The position numbers and the translations under genes are program-made. The notes under the pieces are model-generated. The model saw nothing but the letters and a program-made list of their open reading frames with translations. It was not told the origin of the DNA and did not search any database. DNA of 63,621 nt, filler included, from Diploschistes diacapsis (taxonomy: Eukaryota), in the NCBI GenBank assembly GCA_023645945.1. It is 24 parts of 24 records of this genome, joined end to end, with 100 filler letters (N's around TTAATTAATTAA, not from the genome) between each part and the next. Parts side by side here need not be neighbours in the genome. Positions count along the whole stretch, not along the records: positions 4,761 to 23,469 come from JALAIB010000401.1; 23 more parts are not named here. The stretch is one strand, 5' to 3'. This document shows positions 11,413 to 22,710 of the stretch, in pieces. The first letter of the stretch is position 1, and every line of letters starts with the position of its first letter.

Positions 11413-14003
11413 TCAAAGCTTCTCGCTCACGTTGACGGGCGACTTCGCGTTACTGCTACAGAATCGCTTGCGCTTCCGTAGGCTCTCAGTGTCGCACCTC
11501 TTTATGCTCGGGGTTATAAACGGTGTCGAATCCTGATACCTTGCGGCAATGCGGTTGCTCCTTCTGCGCTGTGCTGGAAGGGTCTCTTTGTTTTCTTGTA
11601 GGGAAGCGCTCCTGTAGCGATCAGAACTTACAGCCACAAGCTCATCAGTTCCGTTCCCGACATCCGAGACGTCTGCCTTGCGTCTTTTTTTGACGGAGGA
11701 GTCTGACTCGACTCTTTCTACTGTCGAAGGGGTACTTGGTGATAGTCGCTTGTACTGAATCAATATTAGTCTTATTATCTCTTATTGACAACGGCTCAGA
11801 ATTGCTTACGCAATGCTGAAGAAAAGCCAAGGGATGGAGGAGGCCATAGCCTTCACAACTAGCAAGTGCTGCTTGGTTATTAAGTACTAGAAGCCCCTGC
11901 TTTTTGCGGTCGCTCTGTATTGCATTCACTATAAGGCCTTCTTTTTTGAGATTGTGCAACATGGGGCCAAGCTCGCTTGTGCTGTAACCTTTAGAAGTCA
12001 GTTGCTGAAACATATACGGTGGTAATAATCAACTACCTAGCTGCTTTAACAAGATCGACTCGGTCATGGGCACAGTCTGGTTGCGGATAAACCAGCAGAT
12101 ACGTCTCATGGCACTTATAGACCGCAGCTCTTGGAGGAGAGGCATTTCCTCGTCTTCGAGAAGACATGTATAGCACACATGGGTTGTCCCGAGGGTCGTG
12201 CCCTCTAGTGCGTAGCAATGGCGGTGTTGCCAGCTATCGCAGCAATCACATTGAACCTAGTAAATGCATAAGGGGCAAATAATCAAGACCGTTCGAGCAA
12301 TTACCATGTCGCCTTCTTTCTGTTGATACCCACACTCACACCGGCACCTCCACAGTTCTTCTGGTAATGATGCATTTTTTATATGTTTGTCCCGTTTCCC
12401 CCAGAGTTCATGGTCTTTACTGGGGACTAATACCCAACCGTCCGTGTCGTCCTGCACATTCATGTCGTTAACCATTGGTTGAGTTTGTGTTAGATCATTC
12501 GCTATAGATGGAGTTCGAATCTAAACATGGATCTGGTCAGCGATAAGACGAGGTTATCTCATGCACGGGAGCTTGCCATGTTTCTAAGTCGCTGCACAAC
12601 CTTGTTTTCTTTGACCAGCTCTGCGTCTGTGGCAGCCGTGACCATGGCATTTGCTGGCGTTGCATTTTGTGCACATGCCTCTTCTCTAGAGATCAGCAAG
12701 CTATGGGTCGAAGAAAGTCCACTTGTCGTCCTGACGCTATCTTCAACCACTTGTATGTCGAATGCCGTTTCCTTGGTGAGATACCCAGGTTCTTTTCGAT
12801 GCAGGAGTCTAGGGTAGCATAGATTCGTAGGGATAGTCAATTCTTCGGCGCTCGATTGCCCCCTTTGGAGAAAGGCTAGGTGATTTACGCCTAAGTGTAC
12901 GCTATCTCTGGTCAACAGCGTCGCCAGAACATAATTTGCGTTAATACTCATGGAAACCCAAATTCAAGTTGCCAATACCAGCCTTGCGCATTCTCCAACC
13001 TTTAGACTCAGCAACGCGTATATCCAAGTCGTAGTTAGGTTGGAAAGCAGGTGGACAATATCCAACTGGACAATCTTGCGTATAGAATAGATGGGTTGTA
13101 AGATATCGCCTCTCTTATATGAAGTTAGCCTTCTGATATTGACTCAAGACTAACAAGCTGCTTTCTTACCGGGTAAGTTTGGCAGTGTCTGACACAAAGA
13201 GACCAATTGCCTGACGACCGTGCAAAATTTCTCTTTCGCTGCTCCTGTTGTCATGGAAAACTTGGTGGAGGCTTCGACCTTCCCAGTTGCTGTCTGAGCT
13301 TGAAAAATTTCGGGGTCCTCATTATAGTTGAACTTGAAGCTATAAGACTCAATAACATTATTTGGTTGAGCTTTGTCTAGAATAATACTGATTTGAGCGC
13401 TTTGGAGATACCGCTTAGAGAGAGCGTCGAAGATTCCTTCCTGTATTACTTGGTAACTAGTTGGCTTTAGGATAGGCTGAGATACTAACCAGCCAGCAAT
13501 AGAGCTTCTCTGTTACACTGCAATTCTTTCGATCGAGGATCTTGAATAGCCGCTGCCTTTTGAGAGGGCCTGGGGGCGTAAAGGGACCGTGTCTGGCCCT
13601 GTCCCTGCATAGCAGACCATTGGTTTCCAGCTCATGGTTCAGCTGACGGAAATCTTTGCTAATGGATTCGAAGGCCCGGTCCTCAAAGCATTGATCTAGG
13701 AGAAGATTCCTACTGACCATAAGAATAGATATTAGGTATAGAGATCAGACAAGGAGCTTCCCTTAGGTAAGAGATAGAACTGAGCTGTTCCTTCATTAGC
13801 AATCTTATAGTAGGTACGTGTTCCTGTCAAGGGGGGCAAACCGAGACAAGGAGTAGAGCCTGAATGATCTCCAAGCTTTCAGCCGGCTTCAACCTATGAT
13901 CAACGAGCGGCACAACCTTTACGATATTGGCTCGAGTTGCAGGCTGCTGGTCCTTGACGACTCGTACTTTTGGGCCTTGAGAAAGGCGTGTAACAGTGAG
14001 CAT
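11413..14003 (-). CDS. HOP1: Meiotic chromosome-axis protein Hop1 (HORMA, PHD finger, probable winged helix, C-terminal tail), about 10 exons
   Basis: Manual splicing gives ...ESLEIIQALLLVS|LSSISYLR|NLLLDQCFEDR...W L|EGIFDALSKRYL...NNVIESYSFKFNY...LPNLP|ERRYLTTHLFYTQDCPVGYCPPAF (HORMA), then CECGYQQKEGDM|VQCDCCDSWQHRHCY...HVCYTCL (PHD). One intron needs a GG donor (see findings). Confidence 0.85.
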
Positions 14004-14944
14004 CCTAGTTATGCAGTTGGCTATACTACAAACAATGCACTTCACATTGGAAAAAGAAAAGCGTAACAAGAGCCGAGCCAAAAGAATGATAACACTCGGA
14101 AAAGACCAAGGATGAATCGAGCGTACCTAGGAACAGCCCTACAAATGCACGTGATGATGGCAGAGAGCAATATCTACTTGCCTAGAGCCCTACAGGCTTT
14201 ACTTGGGGGAGGCTTTCGAGGAGATGCCCTACCTGAATATTTGATGAAGATAATGCAAACGTTTTCATTTCCAGTTCCATAATCACCTGAATCTCAAGCT
14301 TTTGAGAGAGCACTGCTTGAAACGATTACCCAGAAGAGCACAAATACGAAAGCCCCTTTGCTGAAGATTATAGACAGCGATGATGATTATTTGTAATGGG
14401 GAAGTTTAAGCTGCAAGTAGACTAGAGCGGTTTAGCGAGTCTGTAATCACATTCGCCATCAGCCACACGATTTTAGATTGGGCATACACCCCGTTGGGCC
14501 CGTAGGACTACCGCATCTTCACCACCGTGGACGTTTGCCATCTTCCCGCCCCACCCCTCTTTGCCCTTGAAAAGTAGCGTTTTACGAGCAAAGTACAACT
14601 TTCAACCCTGATCAACGAACAGCAGTTGAGGTTGCACGTCTGGCTTTTCGAGAAAGGTTTAAGCGTCACCCTGTCTTCGGTTGGCACACTCTAAGGACAT
14701 TGCTGAATCTCAGGAGAAATCGAAGCCCGTATGCTGCCCACTCGAACCGACGGACCCTTCTACAACCCTTGAGCTGTACATGAGAGCCTACATCGAAGTC
14801 CATTGCTGCTGCTTAGTTCAGCTCTACTCAGCACTTATTAAAAATGCTTCTAGGCTTGGTGCAAATCTCTGGGTTTTGATGAAACGCGCTTCGACATCGT
14901 GTCAACCTCGTGTTCAACTTTGATTCGGGCCTCAACAACGCACT

Positions 14945-17900
14945 ATGGAAACTCCTGTGGATCTTTCTATAGCCCCTTTTACGGCTCGCTCTCCTTTTGC
15001 ATCGAAAATGGCAGCGGAATCTTTACCTTCAAATATTTCCGCCGATCCTTTTGGAGCAGTGGAGGGATTAGAGGTTGTGAAAAGCAGGTCTGAAAACACA
15101 CAACACTCGCAGGATATCATTCTTGGGCAAGTCTCGTATACTCCAGCGATTCAGACTACTGTTGTTACCACAACTACAACCACTACGACAAAGTTTCCGC
15201 CTCTGGTGATGAAAGCTCCCCAATACCTTAATGACCTCGACCCAAAGCTTTATCCTTTGGCGGGCACGCCCACACCTGCTTCTATACGCAACTTTCATTT
15301 TAATCTTGGTGATCGCTCGGCCTTTTTCCAGGAAGCTCAGGACACCGCCAAAACTCTAGAAGAGGTGAGTACGCAATGCGGCTGGGGGGTCCATGTCAAC
15401 GAAAAACACTAACCATTGGACTAGGTTCGGCAGCAACATAAGGCTTTGAAGGCTTCTAACGGTATGATTCGTTCCGTTAAAAAAACCGATCGTGCTCCCT
15501 ATACACCCCAAATACAAACACCGCAGAGTACACCGGGTCTTGAAGTTCATCGCATGATTCCCGGTGAATCCGATCTGTCTAAAAATGCTTTTCGTTCCGC
15601 TAGGGGTACCAAGACGCGGTCAGACGTCCGTACGTCGCAGAGCGGTGGACTTGGGGAGTTTCAGAAACAAGCAACACGGTCACAATCTAATAGGAATTCG
15701 AGGCTGCAGGCGCTGCAAACCTCAACTCCGATTACCCCTTCTTTGGACAGGGATAATTCTCACGATGGACATGCCAGAGTACAGAGACAGCCAGGGCAAT
15801 CTCACCCTAACCAGTACTCCGTGATTACCCCAGAAATGGAGACCACTGAATTCAACCATGTTCTAAGTCCCAAGCCTGAGAGAAGTTGTGTTCAAGGGAG
15901 TGCTTTCACAGAGGCGATCGTTGCCGATGCCTCCTCAGTCAAAAGCAGCGCAAGTCAAGCGGAAGACCAATTCTATCTGGGGCCCTCAATATCCCAACCC
16001 CGACCCTCGGTGCTTGACACTAGCACAGCTCAGGATGCAAGTCTACCTAGCCCAAGCCTGTCTCCTGTTACGGCAGCTGCGAATCTCCAGAATCGTCGAA
16101 GCTATTTTGATGAGGCTAATGTGCAGTCTCATCAGATGGCCCAAGGGAGCTTTGGTGAGCCTGGTATGACGAACCGTCTCATGAATGCCGGCAATCATGG
16201 CCCTCACCAAAACGAATCTTTTGCACTGTCCGGTGGCCCTCCATCATTAATGGACATCCCACTTTTGCTTGACTCTTTTGAGGCCATGCCAACAGAGATG
16301 AAGAGATACGTGATGTACCAATTGCTCCGACGCAGTCCGAAACAGGTGCTTCATTTCGTAGCCGAAAACGTCAACCCTGCCTTAAAGTGCGATTTCCTAA
16401 GCCTTTTGCCGCCGGAGTTGAGCCAGAATGTCATACGTCACTTGGATCTCAGGAGTCTTTGCCGCGCTTCTCAGGTCTCCAAGAAATGGCGCGAAGTTAT
16501 CGATACGGACGAAAAAATTTGGAAGGATCTGTTCGATGCTGAGGGCTTCGATCTTCCTGCTGCGGAATTACAGCGGGCAATCTCCGAAGGCTGGGGGTGG
16601 CAGCATGGTTCAGACCCTGAAGATTATGAGCGGGATGTCAGTTCCACGAGTATGCGGAGCAGCAGTACCGGCCTGTTACCTTCAGTTGCTGTGGGCATAG
16701 TTCGGAACTCTGTAACGCCAACAATAGATGCCAACACCCTTCCAGAACAGCAACGCCGACCAAAGAGGAAAGCGGCACAGCGAGGCCGTGTTTCCAGCCG
16801 AAAGCAACCTAAAAGGGATCAATTGTCTTTGAACGAGATTGCTGTTTTTGATACCGAGGCCTTCCAGCGACATCTTGAGGAAGCCGACGGCCCTTATGCA
16901 GCTGCTCAAGCTGCATTGCTCGCCGTTCCCAATCCCAAGGTGGGACTGCCAAGTCTCACCAATCTGCATCTTCACAAGTCCATCTACAGAAGGCATCACT
17001 TGATCAGTTCAAACTGGATGCAGGACGAGATTAAGCCTAGGCATCTAGCCTTCAAAGCCCACCAGCGTCACGTAGTGACCTGTCTTCAATTCGATGCCGA
17101 AAAGATTGTGACCGGCAGCGACGACACAAACATCAATGTATACGACACGCGCACCGGCGCTCTTCGTGCCAGGCTAGAAGGTCACGAGGGGGGCGTTTGG
17201 GCTCTCCAATATGAAGGGACAACTCTTGTATCTGGTTCAACGGACCGCTCGGTCAGAGTCTGGGATATTGACAAGGGTGTTTGCACACACGTTTTTCTCG
17301 GTCATACCTCTACTGTTAGATGCTTGATTATCTTGATGCCCACCGAAATCGGCAAAACGCCCAGTGGCAGATCTATCGTTATGCCAAAAGAGCCCATCAT
17401 CGTTACTGGTTCACGGGACTCTACCCTTCGTGTTTGGAAGCTTCCAAAGCCTAACGATACTCCATATACCCAAAGTACGCCGCCTCAAGAAGGTATCGAA
17501 AGTCAATACTTCATAAGGGCCCTCACAGGACATGGGCACTCTGTTAGGGCTATTGCAGCGCACGGTGATACGCTCATTAGCGGCAGCTACGACAACATGG
17601 TCAGGGTATGGAAGATCTCTACTGGAGAGACTATACATCGTTTGCAGGGACATACCTCGAAAGTCTACAGTGTCGTTCTTGACCACGAAAGGAACCGTTG
17701 CATCAGTGGCTCTATGGACAACTACGTAAAGATCTGGTCCCTAGAGACAGGAAGCTTGCTACACACTTTGGAGGGCCATACATCATTGGTCGGCCTGTTG
17801 GATCTGCAAAGAAACCGTTTGGTATCCGCAGCCGCCGACTCAACCCTGCGCATCTGGGACTCGGAATTAGGCCAGTGCAGAAATGTGCTGGGCGCTCACA

Positions 17901-18349
17901 CCGGAGCAATCACGTGCTTCCAGCACGACGGACGTAAAGTCATTTCAGGGGCAGATCGCAACCTTAAGATGTGGAACGTACAGACCGGCGAATTCATCCG
18001 TGATCTCCTTACTGACTTGACTGGAGTCTGGCAGGTAAGGTTTGATGAGAGAAGATGCGTTGCTGCGGTACAACGAGGAGGCCTTACCTACATTGAAGTA
18101 ACCATCCCACCCTGCGCACTGTATAAAACCTGCTAACCGCTTCAGGTTCTTGATTTTGGAGCATCCCGGGATGGCCTCCCTGCTTCTAAGCGCGGGAGGC
18201 GAACCGTTGTTGACATTCATGGCGCAGAAGTCATTGAACCTGGCGCGAATGCCAACGAAGCGGATGGAGTGTTTAGCAGCGACGACGATGGCGGCGACGA
18301 CGACGACGACGATGACGATGATGACGATGATGCTACGAGTGAATCTTAA
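14945..18349 (+). CDS. CDC4: F-box/WD40 SCF substrate receptor Cdc4; exons 14945-15364, 15425-18097, 18146-18349
   Basis: F-box DFLSLLPPELSQNVIRHLD...RASQVSKKW and WD40 repeats (VVTCLQFD, GHEGGVWAL, GHTSTVRCL). GT-AG introns with CTAAC branch sites. Last exon VLDFGASRDG...DDDD ends TAA at 18349. Confidence 0.95.
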
Positions 18350-18944
18350 GCATTCCAATTAAACGGGTAGCAGCATAATACTAATTTTGGAGTCCGTTAT
18401 CTTTTATTTCATGCTTGCATCGAAATACCCCTTTTGTTGTTGGAATTGGTCTTGGCGAAAAGTGTACATGCTTCTAAGATGGCCATTTTGCATGGGGAGC
18501 AGTTGCTGGAAAATAGAAGAAAATCGGCTCGGCATTTGCATGTTATTTATATAACCCTTATCGGCACCCCAGCAGCACAGCGCTAGAACAAGTTGAATAG
18601 AGCAGGACCTGCAGATGGCAAAGGCAAAAATAGACTACTAAGACGATGTACCTGATACAAGCATTGGAAATGATTGGATGTTGATTATCGGTGATCTATT
18701 TGATTCTATTAAAAAGAATTCTACACATTTGATTCCACATGCTCCGCCGGGATGTATGGACGTGGAGTACAAGAGCGATGAAGAAATGCACGTATCAAGC
18801 ATCACGGTGCTGGAAGGGTTCAGGAAACGCCATCAATATTCGGGCAGGCAATATCGAGTTGCTATTGATATCGCCTGTTAGGGCCCAATTCCTTGGAACG
18901 AATCTACTCTACAGCAAGGTCTAGACCACTTGGACAACCTTCCC

Positions 18945-20300
18945 CTATTCCGTATCCTCGTCGCTGTACACTGCCTTGGCAGCCTCTCCCGTTCCTCCTC
19001 CCTTCTTCTTCTTCGTCGCCTCTAGCTCATCCACCCTCGGCGCCAACCCACAGGCCTGTAAAACGGCCCACCTCAGGTTGTCCATACCCAAAGCGCCCAG
19101 CCTCGGCTCACCGAGATATTTGAACTTGCCCGACTCAGCGGCGCATGCAATTACCTGTCCAAACGTCTTCAGCACCCTCTCGCCACTGCTTCCCGTATCT
19201 GGCACGGCGCTCTGTGTTTCGTCCATTTCCCTCAGTTTCTGCTGTATTACCGCCATCCTCGGCGCGAGCTTTTCCGGGGTTATGGGAGGCCGAGTTTTGC
19301 CGGGGGTCTTGAATATCAATCTATCGATTTTCGAGAGCACCACTTGATGGGGGATGCGGCTTTCGCGCAGCATATCCAGGAGCCATATGTCCGTTTTTTT
19401 CAGCCAGTGTGTGCTGTCCACCAGAACGAAAACGCGCTTCAACTCTTTGCGTCCGCTCAGGTACTTTTGGATCTCGGTTCCCCATTCACTGTGGCTGCCT
19501 TTGCCGTAGCCTGGCATGTCGAGGACGTTGAGCAGGCCGCTCTTTCTCTTAGGAGTAGCGCCAATAGCGAAGGCGTTCATGGTCTTGGTGAAGCCAGGCT
19601 TGTGGGATGTGCGCACGGTGTCTGTGCGCATCAGGGCGTTGAGCAAGCTGGATTTGCCGACGTTGGAGCGTCCGAGAAAGGCGACTTCTGGAATTGAGGT
19701 GTAGGGCATATGCAGGAGGCGGGGGGTGGAAAAGAGAAGGGTTGGGCGTCGAGAGATGAAGAAGGTATTTGCATATTCGAGTTGTTTGGGAGATGGGGCG
19801 GGTGTATCGCGGAAGATGGCCAGGGCGGCGGAAGGAAGTGTGCGGACTTCTTCGATCTGAGCAACCCGAAGACTTTCGCGTCCAATATTTGGGAGATCTG
19901 AGGGGTTCTCCTCTAAGGACATAGGGTAAGAGGAAGGATCTCGATTGTCTTGGTCAGCCTCTGGCTGCTCTGCATGCTGCTCTGCATGCTGCTCTGCGGA
20001 GGCCCGGTGTGTTTTGACCATGGCAGGAGCGTTGCCGATGGGTGACTCAATCTGCACTCCAGGTTCGGGGGTAGCATTATTATACTTGGGCACTACTTTC
20101 GAACCTCGTGTTGATTGCCTTGGCCAGCTTTGAAGATGTCTGCGCTCATGTAAGGAAATACTATAAGCACAACTTTTTAGAGGCTGGAGTCTGGGGCTCG
20201 CACTTTGAAGCCCCAGCTTGATCTTCTTTCTGTCCCTCAGATTCTCTGTCTTCAGCCCCACTTTCGTTTGCTCGCCAAAAGCTCTGCGGCATGATGCCAT
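18945..20300 (-). CDS. EngB/YihA(YsxC)-family GTPase (GTPBP8/Mrx8-like, probably mitochondrial); start uncertain
   Basis: PEVAFLGRSNVGKSSLLNAL (G1), PGFTKTMN (G2), LDMPGYG (G3), LSKID (G4). First in-frame ATG is at 20300. Confidence 0.9.
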   Translation of the reverse strand: MASCRRAFGEQTKVGLKTENLRDRKKIKLGLQSASPRLQPLKSCAYSISLHERRHLQSWPRQSTRGSKVVPKYNNATPEPGVQIESPIGNAPAMVKTHRASAEQHAEQHAEQPEADQDNRDPSSYPMSLEENPSDLPNIGRESLRVAQIEEVRTLPSAALAIFRDTPAPSPKQLEYANTFFISRRPTLLFSTPRLLHMPYTSIPEVAFLGRSNVGKSSLLNALMRTDTVRTSHKPGFTKTMNAFAIGATPKRKSGLLNVLDMPGYGKGSHSEWGTEIQKYLSGRKELKRVFVLVDSTHWLKKTDIWLLDMLRESRIPHQVVLSKIDRLIFKTPGKTRPPITPEKLAPRMAVIQQKLREMDETQSAVPDTGSSGERVLKTFGQVIACAAESGKFKYLGEPRLGALGMDNLRWAVLQACGLAPRVDELEATKKKKGGGTGEAAKAVYSDEDTE

Positions 20301-20564
20301 GAAGAATGCGCCATACTGCTCTGAACGATGAAGATTTTGCCAGCGAAAACTATCCGTGAGCTGCGTGCGCAGCAATTCGAAAGGTGTAAAGCGCCATTGT
20401 GGCTTCGAACAGAGCATCAGCTGATTCACTCATGAACTCCCTGCTGATTATTGGATATATAGAAAGCGTTGTAGTAAAATTGCATTCATTGTTTATTGCG
20501 CATGTTCTCACACAAGTATATGCTCAGTTCCTTGATGCTGCTGTCATGGCAAAGCGGATTTAGC

Positions 20565-21680
20565 GGCTTGTCTTATTCTGCCTACTGTAAAATTGTGTAA
20601 CATATTTAGTGGCGCCCTAGTGATGCATTCTGCCTAGTTCGCTGTGGCTCTGCTAGGTACTTAGATTTCTATGTAATTTGTATACAAATGCATGTCACTT
20701 ATAGAAATATGCAAATATAAAATGCATAAAATTTAATTATTATAGCCATAGAGACTATATCGCAATAAAAAATAGATACTAAAGCACCAAAAGATGCTTA
20801 AAGTGCTTTAAAAGCAACTTAAAAGCGTGCTCTTAAACCTCCTATAGCTTCCTTTATGCCGTGCTCCTCCTCCGCCCATTATACTCCCCTTCGCCGCCCA
20901 TTATGCTTCTTTCCGCTTCTTCTCCATCTCCGCGTCCGATCGTAGTGGTAGGTGACCATGAAGCTTACCCGTAGCGCGTAAGAAGTTGCCCATGAAGGTA
21001 TATCGACACTGCGCGCAGTAGGTGTCGCATCGCCATCGCCGTTTCGTTAATGGCGGCAGCGATACCACGTAGTGCTTTTAGACGTCCGATTGGACGCTCA
21101 GAAGTTATCCACGTAAGATCAAAACGCGTCAAAATCCGCCACGGTCATCCGAAGGATGTCCGCGACGGCAAAGAGACGCGCCCTCCATGCCGGGAGGTCC
21201 GCAGGGAAGCTATAAAGCCTCCCCGCGGTAGGCAGCGGCGGCAAGGGTGTCTGAGCCCGCGCAGGCTCGGCGAGAGCGGCGAGGGCAGGCGAGGGGGCAA
21301 CACCACGACCCAGAGCGGCGGAGAGGGCGTCGTAGAGCATGAGGTCTTTAAGACCCAGCTCATCGTTGTCGGCGACCACATCGAACGTGGCCGCGGCGGC
21401 GTCAGGGAGGGCGGCAGGGAGGGCGGCAGGGCGCGCAGGGCGAGCAGGGCGAGCAGAAAACGACGCGTCCATCGCATCTAAAAAAAATTAGAAAGTTAAG
21501 ATCAAAAAACAAGAAAAAAAGCATGTAATCGATCGTTAAATAAACAAATGTGGCTGGAGAGAGCGCTAGTTCTATAGATACTTGTGGCTGCATACAAATT
21601 AGTATGACTGAGAAAGTATCTTGAGAACCATGGTACTTATCATGTAATTTATGTGTACAGTAGGCAGAATAAGACTTGCC
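20565..21680 (-). mobile_element. Complete 1116-bp TIR DNA transposon derivative (Mutator/Merlin-like ends) with a disrupted ORF
   Basis: TIRs GGCTTGTCTTATTCTGCCTACTGTA (20565-20589) and TACAGTAGGCAGAATAAGACTTGCC (21656-21680) match 23/25. Direct repeat GATTTAGC at 20557-20564 and 21681-21688. Internal minus ORF from 21472 has in-frame stops. Confidence 0.85.
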
Positions 21681-21820
21681 GATTTAGCGGGGTTTGCGGC
21701 TGCTTGAGCACAATTTTTTCCAAGCTTTCAAATTTATTCTACAATTTGCCTTAGCTCCCAAATTTTCTACCCTCAGCTGTTATAAGCTTGTCGAAACAAC
21801 ATGCACGCTGTCTGCTGACC

Positions 21821-22162
21821 ATGGCGACTGCCTCCCACAGTGCTGCCCGCGCTCGATCTCTATATCGCTCGATCCTTCGGGAACTACCAGCCCGTTCAGT
21901 CTCTAAGCCTTCGCCTCTCAAGCTTCGTCTCCGTACAACATTCTCCAACAATTCTTCGGAGGCGAAGCCCGTTCATCAATCCCTTGAGGAGGGAGAGCAG
22001 TACTTACAGTATGCTAAAGCTCAGAGAATGTATGCTACCCTTCTCGAGAGATACAATCCTGGCATGTCAATGGATGAAGAAGAGAGGGTTCGGATGACAA
22101 TGCGGAGGGTTGGAATGGATGCACCAACCAGTGGCTTCGAGTGGAAACCAAAGAAAGAATAA
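21821..22162 (+). CDS. FMC1: Mitochondrial ATP synthase assembly factor Fmc1 (LYR-like)
   Basis: MATASHSAARARSLYRSILRELP...QYLQYAKAQRMYATLLERYNPGMSMDEEERVRMTMRRVGMDAP matches the recalled Fmc1 pattern (LYR..LREL; Y..LLERYNPG..EERVRL.ARRVG). Confidence 0.88.
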   Translation: MATASHSAARARSLYRSILRELPARSVSKPSPLKLRLRTTFSNNSSEAKPVHQSLEEGEQYLQYAKAQRMYATLLERYNPGMSMDEEERVRMTMRRVGMDAPTSGFEWKPKKE

Positions 22163-22318
22163 GGTATTAGACTTCAAGTGATATCAAGTTGAGAAATGAG
22201 GTCTTGTCCAAGGCGTTATCTGGTCACGATACAGGAGCACATAGACTGCAAAGCTCAACATCCCCACCACGGCTCTCAGGAGTAAGTCGGATGCTCTTTT
22301 CCTTTCCCATCTTCCAAA

Positions 22319-22406
22319 CTTCATGATGATTCAATCACAATATTAAGACAAGCATATGTCCAAGCAAGCTCATGTCTTGCAACGACGAAACTATGTTGAC
22401 TGAACA
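22319..22406 (+). ncRNA. snR74: Box C/D snoRNA, snR74/U27 (SNORD27) type, guide for 18S Am28
   Basis: C box ATGATGA 22323-22329. Guide AGACAAGCATATG (22346-22358) is the exact complement of conserved 18S CAUAUGCUUGUCU. With D' CCAA at 22360-22363 the +5 rule lands on A28 (yeast numbering). D box CTGA 22400-22403. Lies in intron GTAAGT 22282...GCTAAT...TAG 22470. Confidence 0.9.
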
Positions 22407-22610
22407 CTTTATCCCATTTGGGAAGACGGCTGAACTTCTTAACTTTGCATACGCTAATAAGTCCTAATAGCTCGAGGCTCAACGGGTCACCGATCAAGGG
22501 ATTCCTCTTACGCTTCATCATTCCCTTCCCAGGTCCGTAGGAAGCAGCTGCAAGTCAGCTTGTCTGGAAAAGGTCAGTAGTCCCATTTCTTGCTCCCTAA
22601 GGAATATTAG

Positions 22611-22710
22611 CGTGCTTTGATGATTTATTTACACTTATCACGACGGTCTCCATAGCCACTCGTTGGTATTGATGAGACTGGCCCTTGACAAGGCCTTAAT
22701 CTGATGCACG
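22611..22710 (+). ncRNA. snR73: Box C/D snoRNA, snR73/U35 (SNORD35) type, guide for the 25S Cm2959-equivalent site
   Basis: Terminal stem CGTGC/GCACG. C box TGATGA 22618-22623. Guide TCACGACGGTCT (22638-22649) complements conserved LSU AGACCGUCGUGA. D' CATA 22651-22654, C' TGATGA 22670-22675, D CTGA 22701-22704. Lies in intron GTCAGT 22573...ACTAAT...CAG 22772 or 22777. Confidence 0.9.

Noticed and set aside
14151..14236. GTGATGA...CTGA pair suggesting a C/D snoRNA (similar pairs near 48684-48718 on minus and 50060-50098)
   Set aside because: No recognisable rRNA or snRNA antisense element, terminal stem or host intron; two of the pairs are too short.
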